Shown here in pieces: positions 17,900 through 25,981 of a stretch of 28,460 nucleotides of DNA. The stretch spans positions 1 to 28,460 of the forward strand of contig DATNCF010000365.1 of NCBI GenBank assembly GCA_035571675.1, in the 5' to 3' direction. Numbering within the stretch: position 1 is the stretch's first letter; the number at the start of each line of letters is the position of its first letter. The position numbers were made by a program, and so were the translations under genes. Origin of the DNA: Burkholderiales bacterium. GTDB taxonomy: Bacteria; Pseudomonadota; Gammaproteobacteria; Burkholderiales; SG8-39. The notes beneath the pieces are model-generated. The model was not told the DNA's origin, searched no databases, and saw only the letters and a program-made list of their open reading frames with translations.

Positions 17900-18808
17900 A
17901 TGAGCCTGCCCAAATCCGTACGCATTGTCGAAATGGGCCCGCGCGACGGGCTGCAGAACGAGGCGCGCGCCGTGCCCACCGAAGTGAAGCTGGAGCTCAT
18001 CCATCGTCTGGCCGACGCCGGACTGCCCGGCGTGGAGGCCACAGCCTTCGTCTCGCCCAAGTGGGTGCCGCAGATGGCCGATTCCAGCGCCGTCATGCGC
18101 GGGCTCAAGCGCAAACCGGGCGTGGACTACCCGGTGCTGGTGCCCAACATGCAGGGCATGCGCGCCGCGCTCGACGCCGGCGCCCGCGAAGTGGCCGTGT
18201 TCGGCGCCGCCTCCGAGGCCTTCAGCAAGAAGAACATCAACTGCACCATTGCCGAGAGCCTGGAACGCTTCAGGCCGGTCACGGAAGAGGCACGCGCGAA
18301 CGACGTGCGCGTGCGCGGCTATGTCTCGTGCGTCGTGGGCTGCCCCTACGAGGGCTTCATCGAGCCCGATGCGGTGGCGCGGGTCGCCAAAGCGCTGTAC
18401 GAAATGGGGTGCTACGAAGTGTCGCTGGGCGACACCATCGGCGTGGGCACGCCGGCCAAGGTGCAGCGCATGCTGGAAGCCGTGGCACGCGAAGTGCCAA
18501 TGAATAAGCTCGCGGTGCATTTACACGACACCTACGGACAGGCCCTGGCCAATATTTACGCGGCCATGGAAATGGGGATTTCCGTCATGGACAGCTCGGT
18601 GGCCGGGCTGGGCGGGTGTCCCTACGCCAAAGGCGCCAGCGGAAATGTCTCCACCGAGGACGTGTTGTACATGCTCGAAGGGCTGGGCATCTCCACGGGG
18701 GTGAGCCTGGAGAAAGTGTTCGAGGCGGGCCAGTTCATCTGCAAGGAATTGGGCAAGACGCCCGGTTCCAAGGTGGCGCAAGCCATGGCGGCCAAGAAGG
18801 CTGCCTGA
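17900..18808 (+). CDS. hmgL: Hydroxymethylglutaryl-CoA lyase
   Basis: [44 protein letters not shown] and [19 protein letters not shown]. Confidence 0.97.
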   Translation: MSLPKSVRIVEMGPRDGLQNEARAVPTEVKLELIHRLADAGLPGVEATAFVSPKWVPQMADSSAVMRGLKRKPGVDYPVLVPNMQGMRAALDAGAREVAVFGAASEAFSKKNINCTIAESLERFRPVTEEARANDVRVRGYVSCVVGCPYEGFIEPDAVARVAKALYEMGCYEVSLGDTIGVGTPAKVQRMLEAVAREVPMNKLAVHLHDTYGQALANIYAAMEMGISVMDSSVAGLGGCPYAKGASGNVSTEDVLYMLEGLGISTGVSLEKVFEAGQFICKELGKTPGSKVAQAMAAKKAA

Positions 18809-18825
18809 AAGATCTGGTCGTTCGC

Positions 18826-19035
18826 GTGAGCAAGACCTCTTTTCGCGAGGCCCCGGCGTCCGCCGGGGGAGTGGCCTCGCCCTGCATCAACGTGTGCCAC
18901 ATGAATGACCAGCTTGGCCTGTGCGAAGGCTGCCGGCGGACCCTGGATGAAATCGCGCGCTGGTCTTCCTTCAGCAACGAGGAAAAACGCGCCGTGCTGA
19001 CGCTGGTGGCAGAGCGGCGAGCACGGCACGGATAA
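18826..19035 (+). CDS. DUF1289 small Cys-rich protein
   Basis: SPCINVCHM…CEGCRRTLDEIARW pattern. GTG start at 18826 is inferred. Confidence 0.85.
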   Translation: MSKTSFREAPASAGGVASPCINVCHMNDQLGLCEGCRRTLDEIARWSSFSNEEKRAVLTLVAERRARHG

Positions 19036-19147
19036 TCTCCTCCGCGAAGCGCAGGGCCTCGTCAGAAAGGCGGAATCAGGCCGTGAAGCTGGGCTCATCC
19101 TGGGCTGGCGCTCCTGCTGCGGCGCAGCAAATTCGACGCTCTTCCGA

Positions 19148-19206
19148 AACAGTGCGGCGCGGATATACTCGCTCTAACATCGGGCTGTAGCCCGCGCGGC
19201 ACTGTT
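19148..19206. promoter_or_regulatory. 15-bp-arm inverted repeat just upstream of the XRE regulator RBS
   Basis: AACAGTGCGGCGCGG (19148-19162) and CCGCGCGGCACTGTT (19192-19206) are 14/15 complementary. The 29-nt loop contains TATACT, and GGAGGAG follows at 19209. Confidence 0.5.
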
Positions 19207-19222
19207 CTGGAGGAGCGGGCGG

Positions 19223-20164
19223 ATGAACGCAGCATTGCTCGGGGTGGCGATTCGCGGCTATCGGCTGCGCCGGCGCCAGATACACAACGGCAAGCCCTGG
19301 ACGCTGGACGACCTTGCCGTCGCCACCGACGACGACAAGGCGCATCTGTCCCGCATCGAGCGCGGCAGCATCCTGCCCAACCGCGCCACGCTGCTGCGCA
19401 TCGCCGCCGCCCTGGAACTGGCCCGGCCGGAAACCGAATTCCTTCTGCGCCTCGCGGGCTTCGCGCCCCTGCTCGACACGCCCGGGCCCGAGGCGGCGGA
19501 AGCGGCGGTGCGCTGGCTGGCGCGCCAATCGCGCGCCTATCTCAACCCATTCACCCTGTACGCCCTCGACATGCGCGTGTGGTACACCAATGCGCTCTGG
19601 CTGCGGCTGATGGGCATGACCCCGGCGCGCTTTCGCACCTGCATGGTGGGGCATGACCTGACCGACTCCTATGTCGCGCATTGCAGCACCACCGATTTGG
19701 TGCACAGCCGCTACCGCAATCACGCCGAGCTGGAGCAGCGCTCGGTCATCCGCTGCCGCACCGCCGCCATCGACGGCCTGCTGCCCCAGGAACGCGTGAA
19801 CGAGCTGCTGCGGAACGACAAGTTCCGCGCCATGTGGGAGGCCGGGGAGTCGCGCATAGCGCAATCCTGCCTGTCGGGCCAGCAGGCCTATTCGGAAGTC
19901 GATTACCCGGGCCGCGGCATACTGCGCTTCGACACGTGGTGGTGCCCGCTGCAGATCGACCCGCGCTTCCTGGTCATCCTGCACATCCCACACGATGTGT
20001 ATACGCGCGAAGCCGTCACCGAAATCCGCCGCGACCCTCGCCCGGAACCGGGCGAGCCCTGCCTGTTCCACGGCTACGGCTGCGGGAACGCCACCCACCA
20101 CGGCCATGCCGCCGCGGCCGCGGTGTCGCGAGCAAAGCCGGCCGGCCTGCACGCCGGCCACTAG
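19223..20164 (+). CDS. XRE-family HTH regulator with MmyB-like (PAS-like) C-terminal domain
   Basis: GGAGGAG RBS; HTH WTLDDLAVATDDDKAHLSRIERGSILPNRATLLRIAAAL-EL…EFLLRLAG; the segment NPFTLYALDMRVWYTNALW resembles the start of the MmyB ligand-binding domain. Confidence 0.78.
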   Translation: MNAALLGVAIRGYRLRRRQIHNGKPWTLDDLAVATDDDKAHLSRIERGSILPNRATLLRIAAALELARPETEFLLRLAGFAPLLDTPGPEAAEAAVRWLARQSRAYLNPFTLYALDMRVWYTNALWLRLMGMTPARFRTCMVGHDLTDSYVAHCSTTDLVHSRYRNHAELEQRSVIRCRTAAIDGLLPQERVNELLRNDKFRAMWEAGESRIAQSCLSGQQAYSEVDYPGRGILRFDTWWCPLQIDPRFLVILHIPHDVYTREAVTEIRRDPRPEPGEPCLFHGYGCGNATHHGHAAAAAVSRAKPAGLHAGH

Positions 20165-20277
20165 GCCCTGTTAACACGCCCGCCACGCGGCGGGCCGCGA
20201 GCTGGCCACCGGCCTACCCTCACCTTTTCGAGGGCACTGCCCTTGCATATCCCCGACTTCAGAGGGCGCGAGCCGCT

Positions 20278-21189
20278 TCAGTTCTTTGCTTCCTGCGTCT
20301 TGAGCGCATTCCATCTGAGGTTGCGGTTGTTCGACAGCACCACCAGGCCCTTGATGTGGCCCTTGGACTCGTGGCCGTTGAACAGCAGCGTGTCCTCGCC
20401 CTCGCCGATGCGGAACGACACGTAAGTGCCGTTGACATAGGGCCGCTCGATGGGCCACTCGCGGCCGCGCAGCTTGGCCGTGCCCTCGAAATGCTGGTTT
20501 TTCTGCTTGATGTTGAACTCGATGGTCTCGGTGCCCTTCAAGGTGTGCACCGAGGAAGTCCAGCGCCCGCCGAGGTGCGCCGGCACCACCCAGAACAGGA
20601 TGGCGCTTTCCTTCTTCAGGCCGACCTTTTTCTCCGGCACCGCGATCACTTCCTTGGCGTCGGGCTCCCAGTCGCCGATGCCGTAGTCGTGCGACACGAT
20701 GCGCGTGCCGGGTCTGAGCGCTAGGAAGGCCGGCTGCAGCCTCTCGTTGTACTGGGGAATGAGGTAGATGGTGATGACCGTGGCCTGGGAAAAATCGCTC
20801 TTGAAAATATCCTGCTGCAGAAAGGTGGCGCGGTCGGTGACGCCGGCGATGCGCGCGTTCTCGTTGGCCAGCTTCACCAGCCGCGGGTCGTATTCGATGC
20901 CAACGCCGCGCGCCTTGTACTGCTGCGCGGCGGTGATGACAATGCGCCCATCGCCCGAGCCCAAGTCCATCAGGAAATCGTTGGAACGCACGCCCACCAT
21001 GCGCAGCATGGCGTCGACGACGTTCTGCGGCGAGGTGACGTAGGGGGTCTCCTCGATGATCTTGGGCGTTTCGGTCACAGTCGGCGTGGTTGCCGGCTGT
21101 GACGTTGAATCCTGCGCGTAAGCCTGACCACAAAATGCAAGGCCTAGAAACAAGGCCGGCAGTAACGAGTATTTACGGTGATGCTTCAA
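20278..21189 (-). CDS. Class I SAM-dependent methyltransferase with N-terminal signal peptide
   Basis: TTG start after GGAGA, signal peptide (…GQAYA-Q), PYVTSPQNVVDAML, MDLGSGDGRIVI, GIEYDP, QDIFKSDFSQATVITIYL and RIVSHDYGIGDWEPD. Confidence 0.9.
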   Translation of the reverse strand: MKHHRKYSLLPALFLGLAFCGQAYAQDSTSQPATTPTVTETPKIIEETPYVTSPQNVVDAMLRMVGVRSNDFLMDLGSGDGRIVITAAQQYKARGVGIEYDPRLVKLANENARIAGVTDRATFLQQDIFKSDFSQATVITIYLIPQYNERLQPAFLALRPGTRIVSHDYGIGDWEPDAKEVIAVPEKKVGLKKESAILFWVVPAHLGGRWTSSVHTLKGTETIEFNIKQKNQHFEGTAKLRGREWPIERPYVNGTYVSFRIGEGEDTLLFNGHESKGHIKGLVVLSNNRNLRWNALKTQEAKN

Positions 21190-21231
21190 CTGGGTCTCCT
21201 CGCTTATTTTTGCGTTTCAATCTTCTGTTTT

Positions 21232-21322
21232 CCTCTCCCCCACCGCTCTCCCAAGGAGAGGGGCTCAAACCCGCGAGTTTTCCACCCTTCTCCCCAGGGA
21301 GAAGGGCCGGGGATGAGGGGAG
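21232..21322. repeat. BoxC-like double-hairpin intergenic repeat, copy 3
   Basis: CTCTCC-CAA-GGAGAG hairpin, GGGGCTCAAACCCG linker, CCCTTCTCCC-CA-GGGAGAAGGG hairpin and the tail CCGGGGATGAGGGGAG. Confidence 0.78.
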
Positions 21323-21340
21323 TCGAATTAAACTTGTAAA

Positions 21341-22393
21341 TTACGCGTAGCCCGCTTTGCCATAGGGCGTATCAGCATCTTTCTTATAGACCAGCAATCT
21401 GCGCCGATAAGACAAAACGATTTCATTACGTTGATTTCGCCCCCAAGTGTCCACGGTCAAAATCCCTTCATTGGGTCTTGATTTAGATTCGCGTTTTTCT
21501 ATGACTTTTGATTCGGTCTGCATGCTTTCGCCCGCGTAAACCGGCACAGGCAGCTTCACATCCGTCCACCCCAGGTTCGCCACGACGCGCCCGAAGGTGC
21601 GCGTGCTGGCGGCCGTCGCCTGGGCGATCAGCCAGGCCTCGCTGATGCGGTACTGCCCGCCGGCATGCGCGTCCACCCAGGCCAGGTCGTGGTATTCGGG
21701 ATTGGCTTCCATGGAACGCACCGCGTGCTCGATGGCCTCCTCGCGGCGGAAATGCCGGCGCGGAAAGTGCACGAACGTATCGCCGTCCCGGGCATCCTCG
21801 AAAAACAGGCCATAACGCTCGAGCAGGCTGCCGTCGGCCTGCCTGGCGTACATCTCGAAACGGGGCTCGGCGGCGGGCTCCAGCGCGGCAACGCGATACA
21901 GCGGATGACGGCCACGCTTGTACACCTCCACCTCGCAGGTGAGCTTGGCCACTTCCTTGCCGTGCTGGTTGATCCCGCGCGTCACCACGCCCACCAGCCC
22001 GCAGTCGGCATGGCCATCGGCCAGCGACACGATCTCGGACTCGGCATACAAGGTGTCGCCCCCGAACAGCGGCGAGGGCAGCAGCATTTCCGAGAAGCCG
22101 GGAATGGCGCGCTTGCGGCCAAAGGTGCGCGACGCCATGCCGATCAGGCGCTGGATGGTAAGCGTGCTCACCATGAGCGGCAACTTCCAGGTGGTCTGGG
22201 CCGCGTAATGCGCGTCGTAATGCAGCATGGCCGCGTTGATGGAGTCGAGCGACTCCTCGGTGTTGTCCTGCTGGGACAGAGTCAGGCCGGGGCGATGGCG
22301 GAAACGCTGGCCGACGGCAAATTCCTCAAAATCCAGGCCCCAACGCTCGCGATAGCGCTGATCGGAAATACGGTCGAAAAGATAGAAACTCAT
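21341..22393 (-). CDS. Tandem (double hot-dog) MaoC-family dehydratase
   Basis: Two repeats of the MaoC start motif (WGLDFEEFAVGQRFRH and YGLFFEDARDGDTFVH) and of the end motif (PLFGGDTLYAESEIV and PVYAGESMQTESKVI). Start at ATG 22393. Confidence 0.88.
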   Translation of the reverse strand: MSFYLFDRISDQRYRERWGLDFEEFAVGQRFRHRPGLTLSQQDNTEESLDSINAAMLHYDAHYAAQTTWKLPLMVSTLTIQRLIGMASRTFGRKRAIPGFSEMLLPSPLFGGDTLYAESEIVSLADGHADCGLVGVVTRGINQHGKEVAKLTCEVEVYKRGRHPLYRVAALEPAAEPRFEMYARQADGSLLERYGLFFEDARDGDTFVHFPRRHFRREEAIEHAVRSMEANPEYHDLAWVDAHAGGQYRISEAWLIAQATAASTRTFGRVVANLGWTDVKLPVPVYAGESMQTESKVIEKRESKSRPNEGILTVDTWGRNQRNEIVLSYRRRLLVYKKDADTPYGKAGYA

Positions 22394-22439
22394 TGCAGAA
22401 AGCGCCAGAAATGGGTGGACGATTGTAGCAGCGGCTACA

Positions 22440-22680
22440 GGCGGCGACCTACGCACGGCACCGGCTTGAACCCTTCGGGAGCGCCGAGGAGCACAGGGGT
22501 GGCGGGGGCCGTCCGGCGCGTTGTCTGAGGGCGCGCAGCGACCGAGTTTACGCGCCGGCCCGCCGCCCCGAGCACCGCAGGGAAATCGCGCAGCGATCGC
22601 TCCCGCAGGGTCGCCTTTTCTTTGGATACTTTCTTTTGGCGAAGCAAAAGAAAGTATCTCGCCGACAGGCGAAACCGGTC
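22440..22680. mobile_element. MITE-like interspersed non-coding element; ends approximate
   Basis: It contains CCCTTCGGGAGCGCCGAGGAGCACAGGG, CCGAGCACCGCAGGGAA and GGGTCGCCTTTTCTTTGGATACTTTCTTTTGGCGAAGCAAAAGAAAGTATCTCGCC with a 14-bp perfect stem (22625-22638/22645-22658). I recognise this as a repeat type common in betaproteobacterial intergenic DNA. There is only one copy in this window. Confidence 0.6.
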
Positions 22681-22705
22681 CGGTTAGAATGCACCGCACT
22701 ACCCC

Positions 22706-23734
22706 ATGCGCCCAAACTACAAACCGCACCTCCGAACTGCGAACACCGTTCTCGCGCTGCTCGCGGCAGTAGTGCTATCCGGCTGCGCCAAAGAAAAATC
22801 CCAAGCCCTCCAAGGCTATGTAGAAGGCGAATTCGCCAACGTAGGCGCCTCCGCCCCTGGCACCCTCACCAAACTGACCGTCAAACGCGGCGACAAAGTA
22901 GCCCCCAACGCAACCCTCTTCACCCTCGACAACACCAGCGAACAAGCCGCCAAACAACAGGCCGAGGAACAGGTGAAGTCCGCCCAAAGCCGCCTCGCCA
23001 ACCTGCAAACCGGCAAGCGCCCGCCCGAGGTGGCCGTGACCACCGCCCAGGCCGAACAGGCCGCTGCGGCAAGGCGCCTGTCCGAGCTGCAGTGGCAGCA
23101 GCAGCAAAAGCTGTTCAAGGGCGGATTCATTTCCCAAGCTGCGCTCGACCAGGCACGCGCCAACTACGACCGCGACATCGGGCGCTATGCCGAAACCGAA
23201 GCGCTGGGCCGCGTGGCGCGCCTGCCGCTGGGCCGCGACGCCGAGTTGCGCGCCGCCGCCGCCGACCTCGACGCAGCCAGGGCGGCGCTGGCCCAGGCCG
23301 ACTGGCGCCTGTCGCAGAGAAACGGCGTCGCGCCCGCCAACGCCGAGGGCGCGCTGGTACAGGACACCTTCTTCGTCGAAGGCGAATGGGTGCCCGCCGG
23401 CCGGCCCGTGGTCAGCCTGTTGCCGCCCGGCAACGTGAAGGTGCGCTTCTTCGTGCCGGAAACACAAGTGGGTGCCGTCCATCCCGGCGATCCGGTGAGC
23501 ATTGCCTGCGACGGTTGCGGAGCCCCTATATCCGCCAAAGTAAGCTTCATTTCCACCCAGGCCGAGTACACCCCGCCCGTGATCTACAGCAAGGACTCGC
23601 GCGCCAAGCTGGTGTTCATGATCGAAGCGCGCCCAGGCCCTCAGGACGGCGCGAAGCTCAGGCCCGGCCAACCCGTCGACGTAACACTCAACCCCTCTGC
23701 TACTACGGCAGCACCGAAACCTACCGCGCCGTAG
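22706..23734 (+). CDS. HlyD/YbhG-like membrane fusion protein, probable lipoprotein
   Basis: Lipobox LSG-C, QGYVEGE, VKRGDKV…LFTLD, coiled-coil hairpin, FFVPE, ISFISTQAEYTPPVIYS and LRPGQPVDV. Confidence 0.93.
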   Translation: MRPNYKPHLRTANTVLALLAAVVLSGCAKEKSQALQGYVEGEFANVGASAPGTLTKLTVKRGDKVAPNATLFTLDNTSEQAAKQQAEEQVKSAQSRLANLQTGKRPPEVAVTTAQAEQAAAARRLSELQWQQQQKLFKGGFISQAALDQARANYDRDIGRYAETEALGRVARLPLGRDAELRAAAADLDAARAALAQADWRLSQRNGVAPANAEGALVQDTFFVEGEWVPAGRPVVSLLPPGNVKVRFFVPETQVGAVHPGDPVSIACDGCGAPISAKVSFISTQAEYTPPVIYSKDSRAKLVFMIEARPGPQDGAKLRPGQPVDVTLNPSATTAAPKPTAP

Positions 23735-23756
23735 CGCGGTCCCATTCCCCATAACA

Positions 23757-24698
23757 ATGACCTCGCCGACCAACTCAACCGATTTGGTCATAGACGTTCA
23801 CGGCCTGAACAAGCACTTCGGCGACAAGCATGTAGTACGTGATTTCGACATGCAGGTCCGCCGCGGCGAGATCTATGGTTTTCTCGGTCCCAACGGCAGC
23901 GGCAAGACCACCTCCATCCGCATGATCTGCGGCCTGCTCAAGCCCGATTCGGGCAGCGGCACCTGCCTGGGCCACGACGTGATACGTGAGTCATACAGGA
24001 TCAAGCGCGAAGTGGGTTACATGACCCAGCGCTTCTCGCTGTGGGAAGACCTGTCCATCCGAGAGAACCTCGATTTCGTGGCACGCATGTACGGCATGCG
24101 CAATCGGCGCGAAACAGTGCAGGCCTCGCTGGAAAGCCTCGGCCTTGCCGCGCGTCAGGATCAGCTCGCAGGCTCGCTGTCCGGCGGCTGGAAGCAGCGC
24201 CTGGCGCTGGCCGCCTGCCTGCTGCACCAGCCGAAACTCTTGCTGCTGGACGAGCCCACGGCCGGCGTGGACCCCAAGGCGCGGCGCGATTTCTGGGAGC
24301 ACATCCATGCGCTGGCCGGCAAGGGCCTGTCGGTGCTGGTGTCCACGCACTACATGGACGAGGCCGAGCGCTGCCACCGGCTCGCCTACATCGCCTACGG
24401 CAAGCTGCTGGTGACGGGAACGACTTCGGAAGTCATCGCCAGCCAGCACCTGGTGACCTTCGCCGTCAGCGGCGAGGATGCGCATGCGCTCACGGAGGGC
24501 CTCAGAAGCTCGCCCGCGGTGGCCCAGGTCACTCCCTTCGGCAACGTGCTGCATGTCACCGGGCGCGATGAAACGGAACTGGCACGCGCCATCGCAGCGG
24601 CCGCCCCCGGGGAGCGCTACCGCGTGGAAAAAATCGAAACCACCCTGGAGGACGTCTTCATCAACCTCATGGGCGGTACGCAGGACAATTTCCAGTGA
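23757..24698 (+). CDS. ABC transporter ATP-binding protein (YbhF/DrrA-like)
   Basis: GPNGSGKT, YMTQRFSL, LSGGWKQR, LLLDEPTAGVDP and VSTHYMDEA. Confidence 0.96.
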   Translation: MTSPTNSTDLVIDVHGLNKHFGDKHVVRDFDMQVRRGEIYGFLGPNGSGKTTSIRMICGLLKPDSGSGTCLGHDVIRESYRIKREVGYMTQRFSLWEDLSIRENLDFVARMYGMRNRRETVQASLESLGLAARQDQLAGSLSGGWKQRLALAACLLHQPKLLLLDEPTAGVDPKARRDFWEHIHALAGKGLSVLVSTHYMDEAERCHRLAYIAYGKLLVTGTTSEVIASQHLVTFAVSGEDAHALTEGLRSSPAVAQVTPFGNVLHVTGRDETELARAIAAAAPGERYRVEKIETTLEDVFINLMGGTQDNFQ

Positions 24699-25858
24699 GC
24701 GCCTTCTCCCTCTCCCGATGGATGGGCATCATCCTCAAGGAGTTCATCCAGCTCAAGCGCGACCGCCTCACCTTCGGCATGGTGTTGGGCATTCCCGTGC
24801 TGCAATTGCTGCTGTTCGGCTACGCCATCAACACCGACCCCAAGAACCTGCCGGCGGCCATCCTCTCCCGCGACAACAGCAGTTACACGCGCACCCTCAT
24901 CCTGGCCATGCAGAACAGCGGCTATTTCAAGGTGGTGCGCCAGCTCACTGACGAGGCCAGCGCCGAAGCGTTGCTGGACAAGGGCGAGGTGCAGTTCGTC
25001 ATCGAGGTGCCCGAGGACTTTTCGCGCAAACTGGGGCGCGGCGAGACGCCGCAGCTTTTGCTCGAAGCGGACGCCACCGATCCGCAGGCCGCGGGCAACG
25101 CCATCGTGGCCATGCAGGGCCTGGTCAATTCGGCGCTGGCGCGCGACCTCTCGGGCGCGCTGGCTACGGGCGCGCCCGTCCCGAACGCGGGCGGCATTCC
25201 CGGCACGCTGCCTGGGCCTGTGGATCTGCGCGTGCACCGGCGCTACAACCCCGAGGGGGTGACGGCCTACAACATCGTGCCCGGGCTGCTGGGCACCATT
25301 CTCACCATGACCATGGTGCTCATGACCGGCCTCGCCATGACGCGCGAGCGCGAGCGCGGCACGTTCGAGAACCTGCTCTCCACGCCCGCCCTGCCCATCG
25401 AGGTGATGACGGGCAAGATCGTGCCCTACATCCTGATCGGCCTGGTGCAGATGACGCTCATCCTGGTGGCCGCGTTGTGGCTGTTCCGCGTGCCCATGCA
25501 GGGCAGCGTGGTGCTGCTGTACGCCGTGGTGCTGGTGTTCGTGGCCGCCAACCTGACCCTGGGCATCACCTTCTCGTCGCTGGCCCGCAACCAGTTGCAG
25601 GCCATGCAGATGACGTTTTTCTTCTTTCTGCCCTCCATCCTGCTGTCGGGCTTCATGTTCCCCTACCGCGGCATGCCGGAGTGGGCGCAGTGGATATCCA
25701 GCCTGTTGCCGCTGACGCATTTCCTGGTGATGGTGCGCGGGATCATGCTGAAGGGGGTGGGCATGGCCGATTTGTGGCCGCAGTTGTGGCCGATACTGGT
25801 GTTTATGCTGGCAGTCGTCTTGGTCGGATTGGGGTTCTACAAGCGAACGCTGGACTAG
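24695..25858 (+). CDS. ABC-2 type permease (YbhS/R-like)
   Basis: KEFIQLKRDR, LLLFGYAINTD, RERERGTFENLL, LLSGFMFPYRGMP and LPLTHF. GTGA overlap with the ATPase gene. Confidence 0.95.
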   Translation: MSAFSLSRWMGIILKEFIQLKRDRLTFGMVLGIPVLQLLLFGYAINTDPKNLPAAILSRDNSSYTRTLILAMQNSGYFKVVRQLTDEASAEALLDKGEVQFVIEVPEDFSRKLGRGETPQLLLEADATDPQAAGNAIVAMQGLVNSALARDLSGALATGAPVPNAGGIPGTLPGPVDLRVHRRYNPEGVTAYNIVPGLLGTILTMTMVLMTGLAMTRERERGTFENLLSTPALPIEVMTGKIVPYILIGLVQMTLILVAALWLFRVPMQGSVVLLYAVVLVFVAANLTLGITFSSLARNQLQAMQMTFFFFLPSILLSGFMFPYRGMPEWAQWISSLLPLTHFLVMVRGIMLKGVGMADLWPQLWPILVFMLAVVLVGLGFYKRTLD

Positions 25859-25981
25859 CGCTTATCGCACTTGCCCAGTGCGCGCGTTCACCACAATGGC
25901 GTGCGCATTTCACCGGCGTCGTGCTTGCTCTATTGGGAAGGGGCTGAATTCAGGGGGTTTTTGCCTGGAGCCTTGGCTGGC

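Noticed and set aside
22394-22729. 112-codon N-terminal extension of the MaoC ORF, and ORF 22636-23754
   Set aside because: These are open frames through the GC-rich MITE-like element and overlap the HlyD start. MaoC homology begins at Met 22393.
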